Part shown: in pieces, positions 8,238-16,825 of the stretch
How positions within the stretch are numbered: position 1 is the first letter of the stretch
How the letters are laid out: each line of letters starts with the position of its first letter
From: Candidatus Saccharimonadota bacterium
Lineage (GTDB): Bacteria; Patescibacteriota; Gracilibacteria; BD1-5; UBA6164
Assembly: GCA_004563595.2 (NCBI GenBank)
Contig: CP042461.1
Span: 270,001 to 302,000, forward strand
Reading direction: 5' to 3'
Length of the DNA: 32,000 nt
The notes under the pieces: model-generated
Database searches by the model: none
What the model was told of the DNA's origin: nothing
The model's input: the letters and a program-made list of their open reading frames with translations, nothing else
Made by a program: the position numbers and the translations under genes

Positions 8238-8531
8238 CTATAATACAGTACTAATTTTTCTTTCAAGTATTATCTGAGTACTTTTAGGAAAAAGAGGGTC
8301 TTTTCTTAATTTTTTAGCAAAAGCTTTTGCTTGTTTTAATGCCTCTTCTTCTATATCTTTTAAGATAGCATTTTTTTCAGGGACCCTAACACTCTTTGAT
8401 GTTAGTTTGTTAGTATATTTTGAATCAAAGGAAAGCACTTTTTCTCTATTTTTGAGTGCACCTAGTTCAAAATCTTCTTGTTTTTCTGGATAGGAAAAGA
8501 CTATTATATATTCTGGTATTTGATATTTCAT
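8238..8531 (-). CDS. Hypothetical protein (97 aa), TGA-free
   Basis: Intact ORF with the SD-like AAGGAAAG 7 nt upstream of the ATG, and a strong promoter further upstream. No family recognised. Confidence 0.6.
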   Translation of the reverse strand: MKYQIPEYIIVFSYPEKQEDFELGALKNREKVLSFDSKYTNKLTSKSVRVPEKNAILKDIEEEALKQAKAFAKKLRKDPLFPKSTQIILERKISTVL

Positions 8532-8581
8532 TATCAGCTTTCCTTTTTTGTTTTATAAGTATATTTGTTACCTATGACTTG

Positions 8582-8609
8582 ATTATAAAATTATTTTTAT
8601 ATAAGTCAA
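8582..8609 (-). promoter_or_regulatory. Sigma70-type promoter for the 8531->7991 minus-strand operon
   Basis: On the minus strand: TTGACT (8609-8604), 16-nt spacer, TATAAT (8587-8582). Confidence 0.6.
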
Positions 8610-8673
8610 TCAATTATATGTTAGCTCTGATTTTATTATCATAATTCAATATTGCACCCGATAAATCTTGAGC

Positions 8674-8706
8674 AAAAAAAGCCCCTCACGTGATAACGTG
8701 AGGGGT
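8674..8706 (-). terminator. Strong intrinsic terminator (minus strand) with no protein gene upstream of it
   Basis: GC-rich hairpin cccctcacg / cgtgagggg. The A7 run at 8674-8680 is a U-run on the minus strand. Confidence 0.75.
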
Positions 8707-8795
8707 GAGATAAAGACTTTCTATATACCATGGAATCTTATCTAGGGGGAACTAGGTTTGTCCCACTTGTATATTACCATAGAAAGTCAGCAGTA
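8674..8795 (-). ncRNA. Candidate structured small RNA ending at the 8674-8706 terminator
   Basis: 10-bp closing stem GACTTTCTAT (8715-8724) / ATAGAAAGTC (8779-8788). Internal hairpin GGGAC/GTTCC on the minus strand. No ORF. The 5' end and promoter were not identified. Confidence 0.3.
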
Positions 8796-8846
8796 TTATT
8801 CTTTTGTACTAAACTTTATTGCGATCAACTCATTCATACTCCATAC

Positions 8847-8868
8847 CTAAATATATTAATAGGAGATG
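8847..8868 (+). repeat. 22-nt direct repeat, copy 1
   Basis: CTAAATATATTAATAGGAGATG matches 8973-8994 at 20 of 22 positions, 126 nt apart. Confidence 0.5.
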
Positions 8869-8972
8869 ATTCATATTTCTTTTAGCGATAGAGTTTCAAT
8901 CTTGATTTTATTTTTGTATCGGGAAAGCTTTATACTTATTTTTATGTAAAAGTAAAATTTTTTGTAGACTAG

Positions 8973-8994
8973 CTAAATATATTGATAGTAGATG
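8973..8994 (+). repeat. 22-nt direct repeat, copy 2
   Basis: CTAAATATATTGATAGTAGATG. It contains TTGATA, which is followed 17-18 nt later by TAAAAT (promoter-like). Confidence 0.5.
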
Positions 8995-9066
8995 CAGGAG
9001 AGTCTTAAAATAATATATGGAAACTGATTATAATTTAGAAGTAAGGACATCAGTCATTAAACTTAA

Positions 9067-9099
9067 AAGGCTAACCGATACGGTTAGCCTTTTTGTTTT
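9067..9099 (+). terminator. Intrinsic terminator (plus strand) in a non-coding region
   Basis: aaggctaaccg / cggttagcctt hairpin followed by TTTTGTTTT. The only upstream ORF is a 27-codon ATG ORF that runs into the hairpin. Confidence 0.7.
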
Positions 9100-9374
9100 G
9101 TAATTTTCAGATAGAGATAAGTCCATAAATGTTATACTAATGGAATGCTATCGGTTATTGTAACGTTATAAGAGTCTAGATTATTTAATGTTTCACCTAT
9201 TCTTTTGAATTCATTACTAGATGAAAACATATTTTTTGTTAAATAACAGAACACATTTTGAGAATCTGTATCCTAACAAACTTGGGAAAACCCAACAATA
9301 GTATTTAATATTATTGTTACTATAAGGTTAGAATTCTAAATTTTATAGGAAAAATTCTTCACTACCAAACCAAA

Positions 9375-9402
9375 ATATCCGGCAATAGCCGGGTATTTTT
9401 TT
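9375..9402 (+). terminator. Intrinsic terminator (plus strand) in a non-coding region
   Basis: atatccggc / gccgggtat hairpin followed by T7. No upstream ORF longer than ~26 codons. Confidence 0.7.
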
Positions 9403-9514
9403 GTCATTTAAAATCATAGACCTATAATAATAAGCCATAAAATAAAATGAATTGACAAAACTTGAAATTCCTTATTATTATATAATAAATACATTTTTTA
9501 TTAACCAAATAGCT

Positions 9515-9973
9515 ATGAATATTTGAACAACAGGGAGTAATGAAATGGAGGTAGCTCATATCTGTCTTTTTGAAGAAAAAACAGGAAAAACCTTACTTCA
9601 ATTTAATGAAAAATTTCAGATGCACTCTTTTGTTTGATGAAAATGTGATTGAAAAAATTGCATTGATACAATTCTACATGAAATGTGAGATGAAATTTGA
9701 TATTCATTTTTACCCCAAAGCTTTGTTAAAGTAATACAAAATACAAAAATAGTTTGATGAAAAATATGTAACGGTACTATTTATACAGGATATCTACCAG
9801 AAGGATTTGAACCGTTAGATATTAAATGAGAAGGAAAGAGTGAATTCTATGATTTAGCTGATGCTCCACTAGATAATTTTATAACTTGAGATGGAAGAGC
9901 AGAAACAGAGAAAAATATCCTTTTTTGTCACTGGGTGTTAAGACTTCAACATTTATTGAAATATAGATTATAA
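9515..9973 (+). CDS. Nudix-like hydrolase with a degenerate Nudix box
   Basis: 152 aa in table 25 with 9 TGA=Gly. GGKCDGKNCIDTILHEMGDEIG aligns with GX5EX7REUXEEXGU, but the first E is N and RE is HE. Confidence 0.6.
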
Positions 9974-10004
9974 AAAGCTGTTCACATAAGTGAACAGCTT
10001 TTTT
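9972..10004. terminator. Bidirectional terminator
   Basis: gctgttcac / gtgaacagc hairpin with an A-run on the left and a T-run on the right. Confidence 0.75.
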
Positions 10005-10025
10005 ATACACAAATAGTGCCAGCTG

Positions 10026-10307
10026 TTAAGTTGATACCTCTGTTAAGGAATTATCTATTTTTTTTCTGCTTGAAATGAACATTTCCATAGCACAGCCTAA
10101 TACTGTCGAAGCACTAACGATTAGAATGCACATATTAAAAGCTTGTTCTGAGTATTCATTGTGTGATACTAATAGTGTAACTAGCAGAGCTGTAATAGCT
10201 ATGAAAGTAAAAAGGTTTCGAGCATATTTTAATAAGCGTATTGCCATGTCAATCTCCATTTGAGAAAAAAAAGTATTATCCTTACTAATCAATAATTCGT
10301 TTACCAT
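10026..10307 (-). CDS. Small membrane protein (93 aa), TGA-free
   Basis: Intact ORF ending in TAA. Two hydrophobic helices (FTFIAITALLVTLLV, NMCILIVSASTVLGCAMEMFI). Confidence 0.55.
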   Translation of the reverse strand: MVNELLISKDNTFFSQMEIDMAIRLLKYARNLFTFIAITALLVTLLVSHNEYSEQAFNMCILIVSASTVLGCAMEMFISSRKKIDNSLTEVST

Positions 10308-10364
10308 TTCTTTTGAAAAATAAACTTACTATTGTTAGTGACGTAATTATATCGTTTCTTTAAT

Positions 10365-10410
10365 TAAATGTCAAGGGAGAGGATTTGAAAAAAATAACCA
10401 TTGACATTTA
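10365..10410 (+). promoter_or_regulatory. Perfect 10-bp inverted repeat bracketing the -35 of the promoter of the 10466 gene pair
   Basis: TAAATGTCAA (10365-10374) and TTGACATTTA (10401-10410), 26 nt apart. TTGACA at 10401-10406 is followed about 17-19 nt later by an ATTATA/TATATA -10 region. Confidence 0.45.
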
Positions 10411-10465
10411 ATTTATATTTAATATTATATAGTTACATAACAAAAGTAGAAAGGAGTTCTACATT

Positions 10466-10747
10466 ATGGCAGTATTGGATGCGGAAAAAAAATTAGAAAT
10501 AAACCAGGCTCTTATAAAAGTATTTGAAGAGACCGGGTACTTGCAAAAATGCTTATCGTCAGATGGCTTTTGCTGGAAGAATTCTAAATTAAATATTCAT
10601 GAACCTGTTATGCAACAAAAACTTGTAGTTGTATTAAATAAGACTTGTTTTGATGGGCACCATGAATTGTGTTCATATATCGTACATGAGTTTATTAGTA
10701 CTATCGAAGAATGTTGTAAATTAAAAAAAGGAGAGAAAAATGATTGA
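10466..10747 (+). CDS. Hypothetical Cys/His-rich protein (93 aa), TGA-free. Its stop is a TGA inside an ATGA overlap.
   Basis: SD AAAGGAG sits 8 nt upstream. The ORF ends at TGA 10745-10747, overlapping the next gene's ATG (10740). In table 25 it would read through to TAA 10763-10765, adding 6 aa. Confidence 0.6.
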   Translation: MAVLDAEKKLEINQALIKVFEETGYLQKCLSSDGFCWKNSKLNIHEPVMQQKLVVVLNKTCFDGHHELCSYIVHEFISTIEECCKLKKGEKND

Positions 10748-11102
10748 AAGTTTATCTGAAAATAACCCTAAATTGTTTGCTAGAGAAGGTGTTGACTCTA
10801 ATCATTCTATGTGTGGAGAAGCTATCGTAGAATCATTAATGTCTGAGATCGATACTAAAGGCCTTAAAGTTATGAAGCTGTTGGATATGGACAAGCTTCT
10901 TAATACAGAACTTCATCAATTAAGAGCTTTAATAGACTCACCTTTTAAATATTGTATTATAGAGGGGAAACAAAGCACACAATTTGATAAAAAGTATTCT
11001 GTATATAACTTATCTTCTATGGAAATAGTTGAGGGTCCTGAATATCAAGGCTATATAGGCGACTATATTATTGCTTTTGACATACTTGCATGGAACAACT
11101 AA
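10740..11102 (+). CDS. Hypothetical protein (120 aa), TGA-free, translationally coupled to the upstream gene
   Basis: SD AAGGAGAG upstream. All 7 Gly codons are GGN. Ends in TAA and is followed by a terminator. Confidence 0.65.
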   Translation: MIESLSENNPKLFAREGVDSNHSMCGEAIVESLMSEIDTKGLKVMKLLDMDKLLNTELHQLRALIDSPFKYCIIEGKQSTQFDKKYSVYNLSSMEIVEGPEYQGYIGDYIIAFDILAWNN

Positions 11103-11125
11103 GCTATTTCAAGTAAAATTTACAT

Positions 11126-11152
11126 GCCCCGTCTTTACGAGGGGCTTTTTTT
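11126..11152 (+). terminator. Intrinsic terminator
   Basis: gcccc...ggggc stem followed by T7. Confidence 0.7.
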
Positions 11153-11164
11153 ATGCCCTTTTTC

Positions 11165-11192
11165 TTGATTTTTTATCACAATTTTATATAAT
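11165..11192 (+). promoter_or_regulatory. Sigma70-type promoter
   Basis: TTGATT (11165-11170), 16-nt spacer, TATAAT (11187-11192). About 100-nt leader before ATG 11297. Confidence 0.55.
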
Positions 11193-11296
11193 TTCGCGAG
11201 AAAAGTGGAATCAGTATGAGATAGGGAGCTTTTTGCTTTCAATTTCTGCAATTTTTCATATAATGCAGTTGAATATATCTTTAAATATGAGTAATT

Positions 11297-11632
11297 ATGG
11301 CAAATAGTCACGGACTAAAATCAAACATTGTGAAGAAACAAGCGAAGGCGAGAAAATTAGCAAAGTGAAAAGTAAGAAAAGATCACGCTGCTTATATAGG
11401 AAATGAGAATCCACAAGTAAGGAAGAATCAATCTTATAAAGATAGAAATCATTACCTGGAAAATAAACAAAAATTCCCAAAGAAAAAACTGAAAACAAAG
11501 AATGTTGAGAGTTTGAAAGAACAAGGAATTTTAGATGAAAGAGGATTTTTTACAAAAGGGAAAAAGAAAAATTTTGAAACAAAGACAATGGTAGATTCAA
11601 AAGGCCTTGATTTTTATGGAATGCCAAGATAA
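11297..11632 (+). CDS. Highly basic Lys-rich small protein (111 aa), function unknown
   Basis: ATG 11297, TAA 11630-11632, one TGA=Gly. The track shows only an antisense artefact here. Confidence 0.55.
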
Positions 11633-11642
11633 TTGAAAAAAC

Positions 11643-11697
11643 AATAACCCTAACTTGCACTAAAGGATGACACAGGGCAGGTTTAGGGTTATTTTAT
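11643..11697 (+). terminator. Long hairpin terminator
   Basis: AATAACCCTAA (11643-11653) / TTAGGGTTATT (11683-11693), extended by CTTGC/GCAGG, then TTTT. Confidence 0.6.
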
Positions 11698-11716
11698 ATA
11701 ATAAAACCAATATTTT

Positions 11717-12430
11717 ATGCAAAGATTTTATTTTCCTGATCTAGAAAAAGAAACTGATAGTGTTACTATAAAAAATAAAGATTTCATAAATCAACTTACA
11801 AAAGTACTCAGAGTAAGTGAATGATTTGAAATTATTTTTTTTAATGGAGAAGATCCGGTTGATAATATTTTTGAAGTTGCAAGTATTGATAAAAGAGAAA
11901 TATATTTAGAAAAAAAATCCGAAATAGAAAATGATTCAGAAATAGAGTTTGATCTTAATATTTTTGGGGCACTGCCAAATAAGATAGAAAAAATAGAGCA
12001 AATAGTTGCCAAATGAACTGAGGTATGAATTACTGGATTTTATTTTTTTAGAAGTGAAAGAAGTCAAAAATTGAATCTTTCAGAAAATAAAATAGCAAGA
12101 ATACAAAAAATTATCACTGAAGCAGCAGAGCAGTCGTGAAGATCAAGAATCCCCGAACTTATTATAGAAGATAATATCTCTTTGAGTGATTTCGCTGAAA
12201 ACGAAAATATATTTTTTCATACTGAAGCAAATGATTCACAGTCATTAAAAGAAATAAAACTTGATTATACAAAGTGATTAAATCTCTTTGTATGACCAGA
12301 ATGAGGTTGGTCAGATGATGAGATCTCACATTTTAAAAATATAGGTTTCAAGAAAGTTCACCTTTGAAATAGAATACTCAGAACAGAAACAACATGAGTA
12401 GTTGCATGATTCTATTTTATACAAAAATAA
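11717..12430 (+). CDS. rsmE: 16S rRNA (uracil1498-N3)-methyltransferase RsmE
   Basis: 237 aa in table 25. MQRFYF...HLTKVLRV-like N-terminus. C-terminal ...LFVGPEGGWSDDEI...LGNRILRTETTGVVA is the RsmE SPOUT signature. Several conserved Gly residues are encoded by TGA. Confidence 0.9.
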
Positions 12431-12454
12431 GAGCCTTTAGGCTCTTATTTTTTT
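12427..12454. terminator. Bidirectional terminator overlapping the 3' end of the minus-strand gene
   Basis: ataagagcc / ggctcttat hairpin followed by a T-run. Confidence 0.7.
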
Positions 12455-13620
12455 GTCTCTCAAACTTTTAAATGTATATTTTTTTCTACATTATATGTTT
12501 TATTAAAACTTCTTGTTCTTAGAAATCATAGGCTGATCAGATGATAGATATCGTAAATAAAAGGCATTTTATAAGCGAGTCTATTCTTTAAATATCAGAG
12601 TCAATATGATATTGGGATGAGGAATAATATACTGGAATGGTATGGAATAAATTGAAATTTAGAAGCAAGAAGAGTAAGTGTAAATAGGAGAGTAATTATA
12701 AAACCATTCTTAATATGAAAAGAATATTTAGACTTTTTTATAAAGAGAAAAATTATATTTATAAAAGGAATATATATAAGAGTCTTTGGTAATTTTGTAT
12801 CTTTTAAGGCTGCTAATGATTTTTCATTTTTTACTTCTTCTTGTTTTTGTGTTTCAGTAACTTCTTTTATAAATATTGATATTGAATTGAGAGAAGAAGA
12901 AGTAAAATAACTTCTTAAGTATCTTTTTAATGCAATAAAAAGTGAATGTTTCTCTTCAGGGGAGTAAAGTTTTGTTATATTTATACTAAAGAGTTCTCAT
13001 GTAGAGAAGAGGTTTATTCAAATAAATACAACAAAGATTATATATAATAATCAGAGGAAGTTTCAAAGGTTTGCATATCAAAAGATATAGAGAAGCATTA
13101 TAATGGAAGTAATAATGAGGTTGAGTTTAGTAGAGTTTTGTATTGTTGAACTATTTTTGTATTTTGCAAAATTTAAGAACCCAATAAATGGGACATATGA
13201 TAGTATAATTGTTAGTTTTCATTTTTCATCAAATGTAATATCTCAATTTAAACTTACTATTTTTTCTTTTTTTGTAATATTTACAATTTCTCAAATATGA
13301 AAGGGAAGTCAATTCTTTGCTTTATATGCTCAAAATATAAGTACCCCAAGAAGGAATAAAAAGAGAGAGGCAGCTATTATAGTGTTGAGAGCTATCCCTT
13401 GAAAAACAAAGCTAGAGAAAAGTCAATTACTAACAAAGGTAATATAGGTAAAGAGGAATCATAAGTGAATGATAAAAGCTGCTTTTGCATGATTTTTTAT
13501 AAAAGAACCTTCCAGGTATTTGTTATTTTTAGAAAATACAAATAAAATTGATACAAAAATCATCGGATATGCACTGATTGCATTTCATATAATTTTAGAA
13601 TTTGTTTCTTTTTTAGACAT
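12445..13620 (-). CDS. Multi-pass integral membrane protein (391 aa), function unknown
   Basis: ATG at 13620-13618, TAA at 12447-12445. The length is a multiple of 3 only when about 20 TGA are read as sense. Repeated hydrophobic modules. Track ORFs here are antisense or fragmentary. Confidence 0.7.
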
Positions 13621-13696
13621 TTTTAGACTTTTTACTTTATATTTTCGTTTTCTTCCTTATTATATCAGAGATTTAGTTTATAAACAAATAATTGAG

Positions 13697-14281
13697 ATGA
13701 AATTTTGAAATGTAGAGTTCCATAAATCAGTATCACTTTGAAGTAAGTCAGTATTTTTTGATGAAAAATCAGAAATTGTCTTCATATGAAGATCAAATGT
13801 TTGAAAATCAAGCATTATGAATGCTATTTTTTGAAAAAAAGATCTTGTAAAAACAAGTGCAAGACCAGGGAAAACACAACTTGCAAATTTATTTCTTGTT
13901 TCTAAGAAGTATTATTTTACGGATTTACCATGATACGGTTTTGCAAGGTTATGAAAAGAATTTAAAGAAGCATTAGAAGGCTTGATTAGTTGGTATATTG
14001 AAGAAAAAAAGGATAATATTAAAAAAGTTATTATTCTTATTGATAGTAGATTATGAGCTCAGGAAATTGATATTGATATGTATAAATATATCTTAGATCT
14101 TGAACTTCCGGTAACAATAGTACTATCAAAGATTGATAAAATTAGCAAAAGTGAACTAGCAAAAACAATTGCACATACAAAAGAAGCTTTTTTCTGACAA
14201 GAGATTCTTGCTGTTTCTTCATTAAAGAAGCTATGAATGAGAGAATTAGAAAAAAGTATTACTCAATGTCTTATCGGTTAG
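13697..14281 (+). CDS. engB: Ribosome-biogenesis GTPase EngB (YsxC/YihA)
   Basis: G1 motif IGRSNVGKSS has both Gly encoded by TGA (13787-13789, 13802-13804). DLPGYGFA and SKID motifs present. 194 aa. Ends in TAG. Confidence 0.9.
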
Positions 14282-14305
14282 TCTTATAATTTATAACTCG
14301 AAAAA

Positions 14306-15418
14306 ATGTTTAAAAAAGAAACAGGCTCAATATGAAATATTTCACTGGTTTTGATAATATTTGTGGTATTCTTTTATGTACTTTATGTTGGTGCATCTTT
14401 AATCATACCATTTATCATAGCTCTTTTATTCTCATTTGCGATTATAGCACTTTCAAATTTTTATAAAAAAATGAGGTTGGGGTGATTTATAGCGTTTACT
14501 TTATCTCTTTGAACATATGTGTTCATTTTTTGGATATTATGAAAAATGTTGAATTCAAATCTTGGAGATTTAATTGAATTATTACCAAAATATCAAACAA
14601 AGGTTCTCTCTATTGTATGATCAGTATTTGAGCAATTGAATATAAATGAGCCAACCAGTATTAATCAGGTACTTCAAAAAATAGATTTACAATATATACT
14701 TTGATTAATTATCACATGAGTTACTTTTATTTTTAGTAAAACATGAATTATACTTTTTTATGTATTGTTTATATTACTTGAATATAGATATTTTAGTAAA
14801 AAATTACAACTGATGATTCTGGATGAATCAAGAAAAAAACAGATTTTTGAGATTTTAGAAAAAATAAAATGAGATATTAAGTCATATTTCGTGATTAAAA
14901 CTGTAGTAAGTTTTATTACGGCAACAGTGAGTTATATGATCATGAGAGTATTTGATCTTGATCTAGCTATATTTTGGGCATTTCTTATTTTTGTTCTTAA
15001 TTTCATACCAAGTGTCTGATCTGTTATCGCAGTTACTTTTCCAATACTGCTTACTCTCATGCAATTTGAAAGTTATTATCCGTTTGCGTTTATATCTGTA
15101 GGACTTATTGGAATACAAGTCCTTATGGGAAATATTATAGAGCCAAGATTTCTTTGAAATAAATTAAACCTCAGCCCTTTGGTTATCATTCTCTGATTAG
15201 CATTTTGGTGATCTCTTTGGTGAGTAGTGTGAATGCTTTTATCAGTCCCTATTATGGTTATTATAAATATCATACTGGCAAAAATACCAGCTACTCGTAG
15301 TATAGCTATATTACTCTCAGAAAAATGAGAGCTACAAATCGAAGCCCAAGAAGAAGTGAAAAAGAAGAGGAGAGTATTAATTGATGCTGTGAAAAAGAAA
15401 TTGAGAAAGAAAAAATAA
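14306..15418 (+). CDS. AI-2E family transporter (PerM/UPF0118)
   Basis: 370 aa, codon-by-codon check shows no TAA or TAG. NFIPSVGSVIAV.FP and [41 protein letters not shown] match the family signature. Confidence 0.85.
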
Positions 15419-15440
15419 TAATATTACTTTATAGTTCATT

Positions 15441-16412
15441 ATGAAAAAAATACTTACATGAATTAAGCCAACGGGTTTAGGGATGCATATATGAAATTAT
15501 CTTTGAGCATTTAAACCTTTCTTAGAATTAGCTGAAGGAAAAGAGGCATATATGTTTATTCCAGACCTTCATTCATTGACATCAGTCCATGATGGAGAAA
15601 TATTGAGAAAAAATAAAGAGAGACTTCTCAAAGAATTCTTCGCTTTATTGCCAAATGATTCAAACATAACAGTTTTTGAGCAATCAAAAATAAAAAGAGT
15701 AAATGATATCACATGGATTCTTTCGAGTGTAACACCATACAGTCTTATGCTGAGAGCTCATAGCTTCAAAGATAGCAATAATAAAAATAGTGAGGTGAAT
15801 ATGGCAACATTTAACTACCCTATCTTGATGACTTCGGATATCATAAGTTATGATGTTGATTTAGTGCCTGTATGAAAAGATCAAGTGCAACATATGGAAT
15901 TTGTCAGGGATATTGCAGGAAATTTTAATAAAACATATAAACAAGATTTCTTTAAACTACCAGAATATAGCATAGATAAAAAATTGATGACTATTCCTGG
16001 AACAGATGGAAGAAAAATGAGTAAGTCATATGATAACTTTATTTGAATTTTTGATTCAGAAAAAGTTATGAAGAAAAAGGTTATGTCTATAGTCACTGAT
16101 GATACTCCACTTGAGGATCCAAAGGATCCAGAAACTTGTAATGTCTTTGCTTTGATTAAATTTTTTGCAAGTATTGAGAGACAAGATGATATAGCAGTAA
16201 AATACAAAGCAGGGAACTATGGATATGGTCATGCAAAACTTGAGCTTCTTGAAATTATTCTTGAATACTTCAAAGAAGCAAGAGAGAAGTTTGCAAGCTT
16301 TGCAAATGATATGACTTATATTAATGAAAAATTAAAAGAAGGGAACCAGAGATGAAATGAGATGGCTGATAAGAAATATGAGGAGTTAATAAAAATAGTA
16401 GGATTAAATTAA
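15441..16412 (+). CDS. trpS: Tryptophan--tRNA ligase
   Basis: TGIKPTGLGMHIGNY (HIGH-like motif, Gly=TGA at 15492-15494), GKDQ.QH and KMSKS motifs. 323 aa. It joins track ORFs 15552-15875 and 16068-16355. Confidence 0.92.
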
Positions 16413-16437
16413 TATATTAAAATATAATAAAAAAAAT

Positions 16438-16650
16438 ATGTCAGAAAGTATAAACATCGAAATTAGTAAAGATTATTTAGAACATTTAGAACTATTAAAA
16501 CAAGTAATCCCTGATGCTTCTGGAGAAGATATTAAGGATAATTGAAAGATGATTGAAACTCTGATAGATAGTTTCATGGCTTTCATACAAGAACAAGCAT
16601 GAGCACATGAACATTCTGAAGATGGGAACTGTTGTGAACATGATCATTAA
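16438..16650 (+). CDS. Small acidic protein (70 aa) with a His/Cys-rich C-terminal tail
   Basis: ATG 16438, TAA 16648-16650, two TGA=Gly. The tail ...AHEHSEDGNCCEHDH suggests metal binding. A terminator follows. Confidence 0.5.
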
Positions 16651-16672
16651 AAGTACATTTGTACTTTTTTTT
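16649..16672 (+). terminator. Intrinsic terminator
   Basis: aaagtac / gtacttt hairpin followed by T8. Confidence 0.65.
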
Positions 16673-16825
16673 GTATTTTAAACTCTCCTGTGTATACTAA
16701 AAACACCTGTATTTTATCAGCTAAAAAATGATGAAATAGTTGAGTAGATAAGTACCCTTATACATTCGAGTATTTCATTATTTAGTTATAAAAACAGAGT
16801 TTTATTATATTATATTTACATATTT

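Noticed and set aside
7991-8266. Overlapping, frameshifted arrangement of ORFs 8238-8531 and 7991-8266, considered as a possible programmed frameshift or broken gene
   Set aside because: The overlap exists only because the track starts the downstream ORF at a TTG. The first ATG is at 8203, leaving a normal 34-nt intergenic gap. No slippery sequence is evident.
8715-8790. RNase P RNA, because of the AGAAAGTC motif (similar to the GGAAAGUCC of CR-I)
   Set aside because: The surrounding sequence is too short and AT-rich, and it lacks the other conserved regions (CR-IV/V, P4 pairing).
9018-9101. 27-codon ORF (METDYNLEVRTSVIKLKRLTDTVSLFVL), considered as a real small protein
   Set aside because: Half of it is encoded by the terminator hairpin itself and there is no SD. 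It is kept only as a possibility within the non-coding-locus finding.
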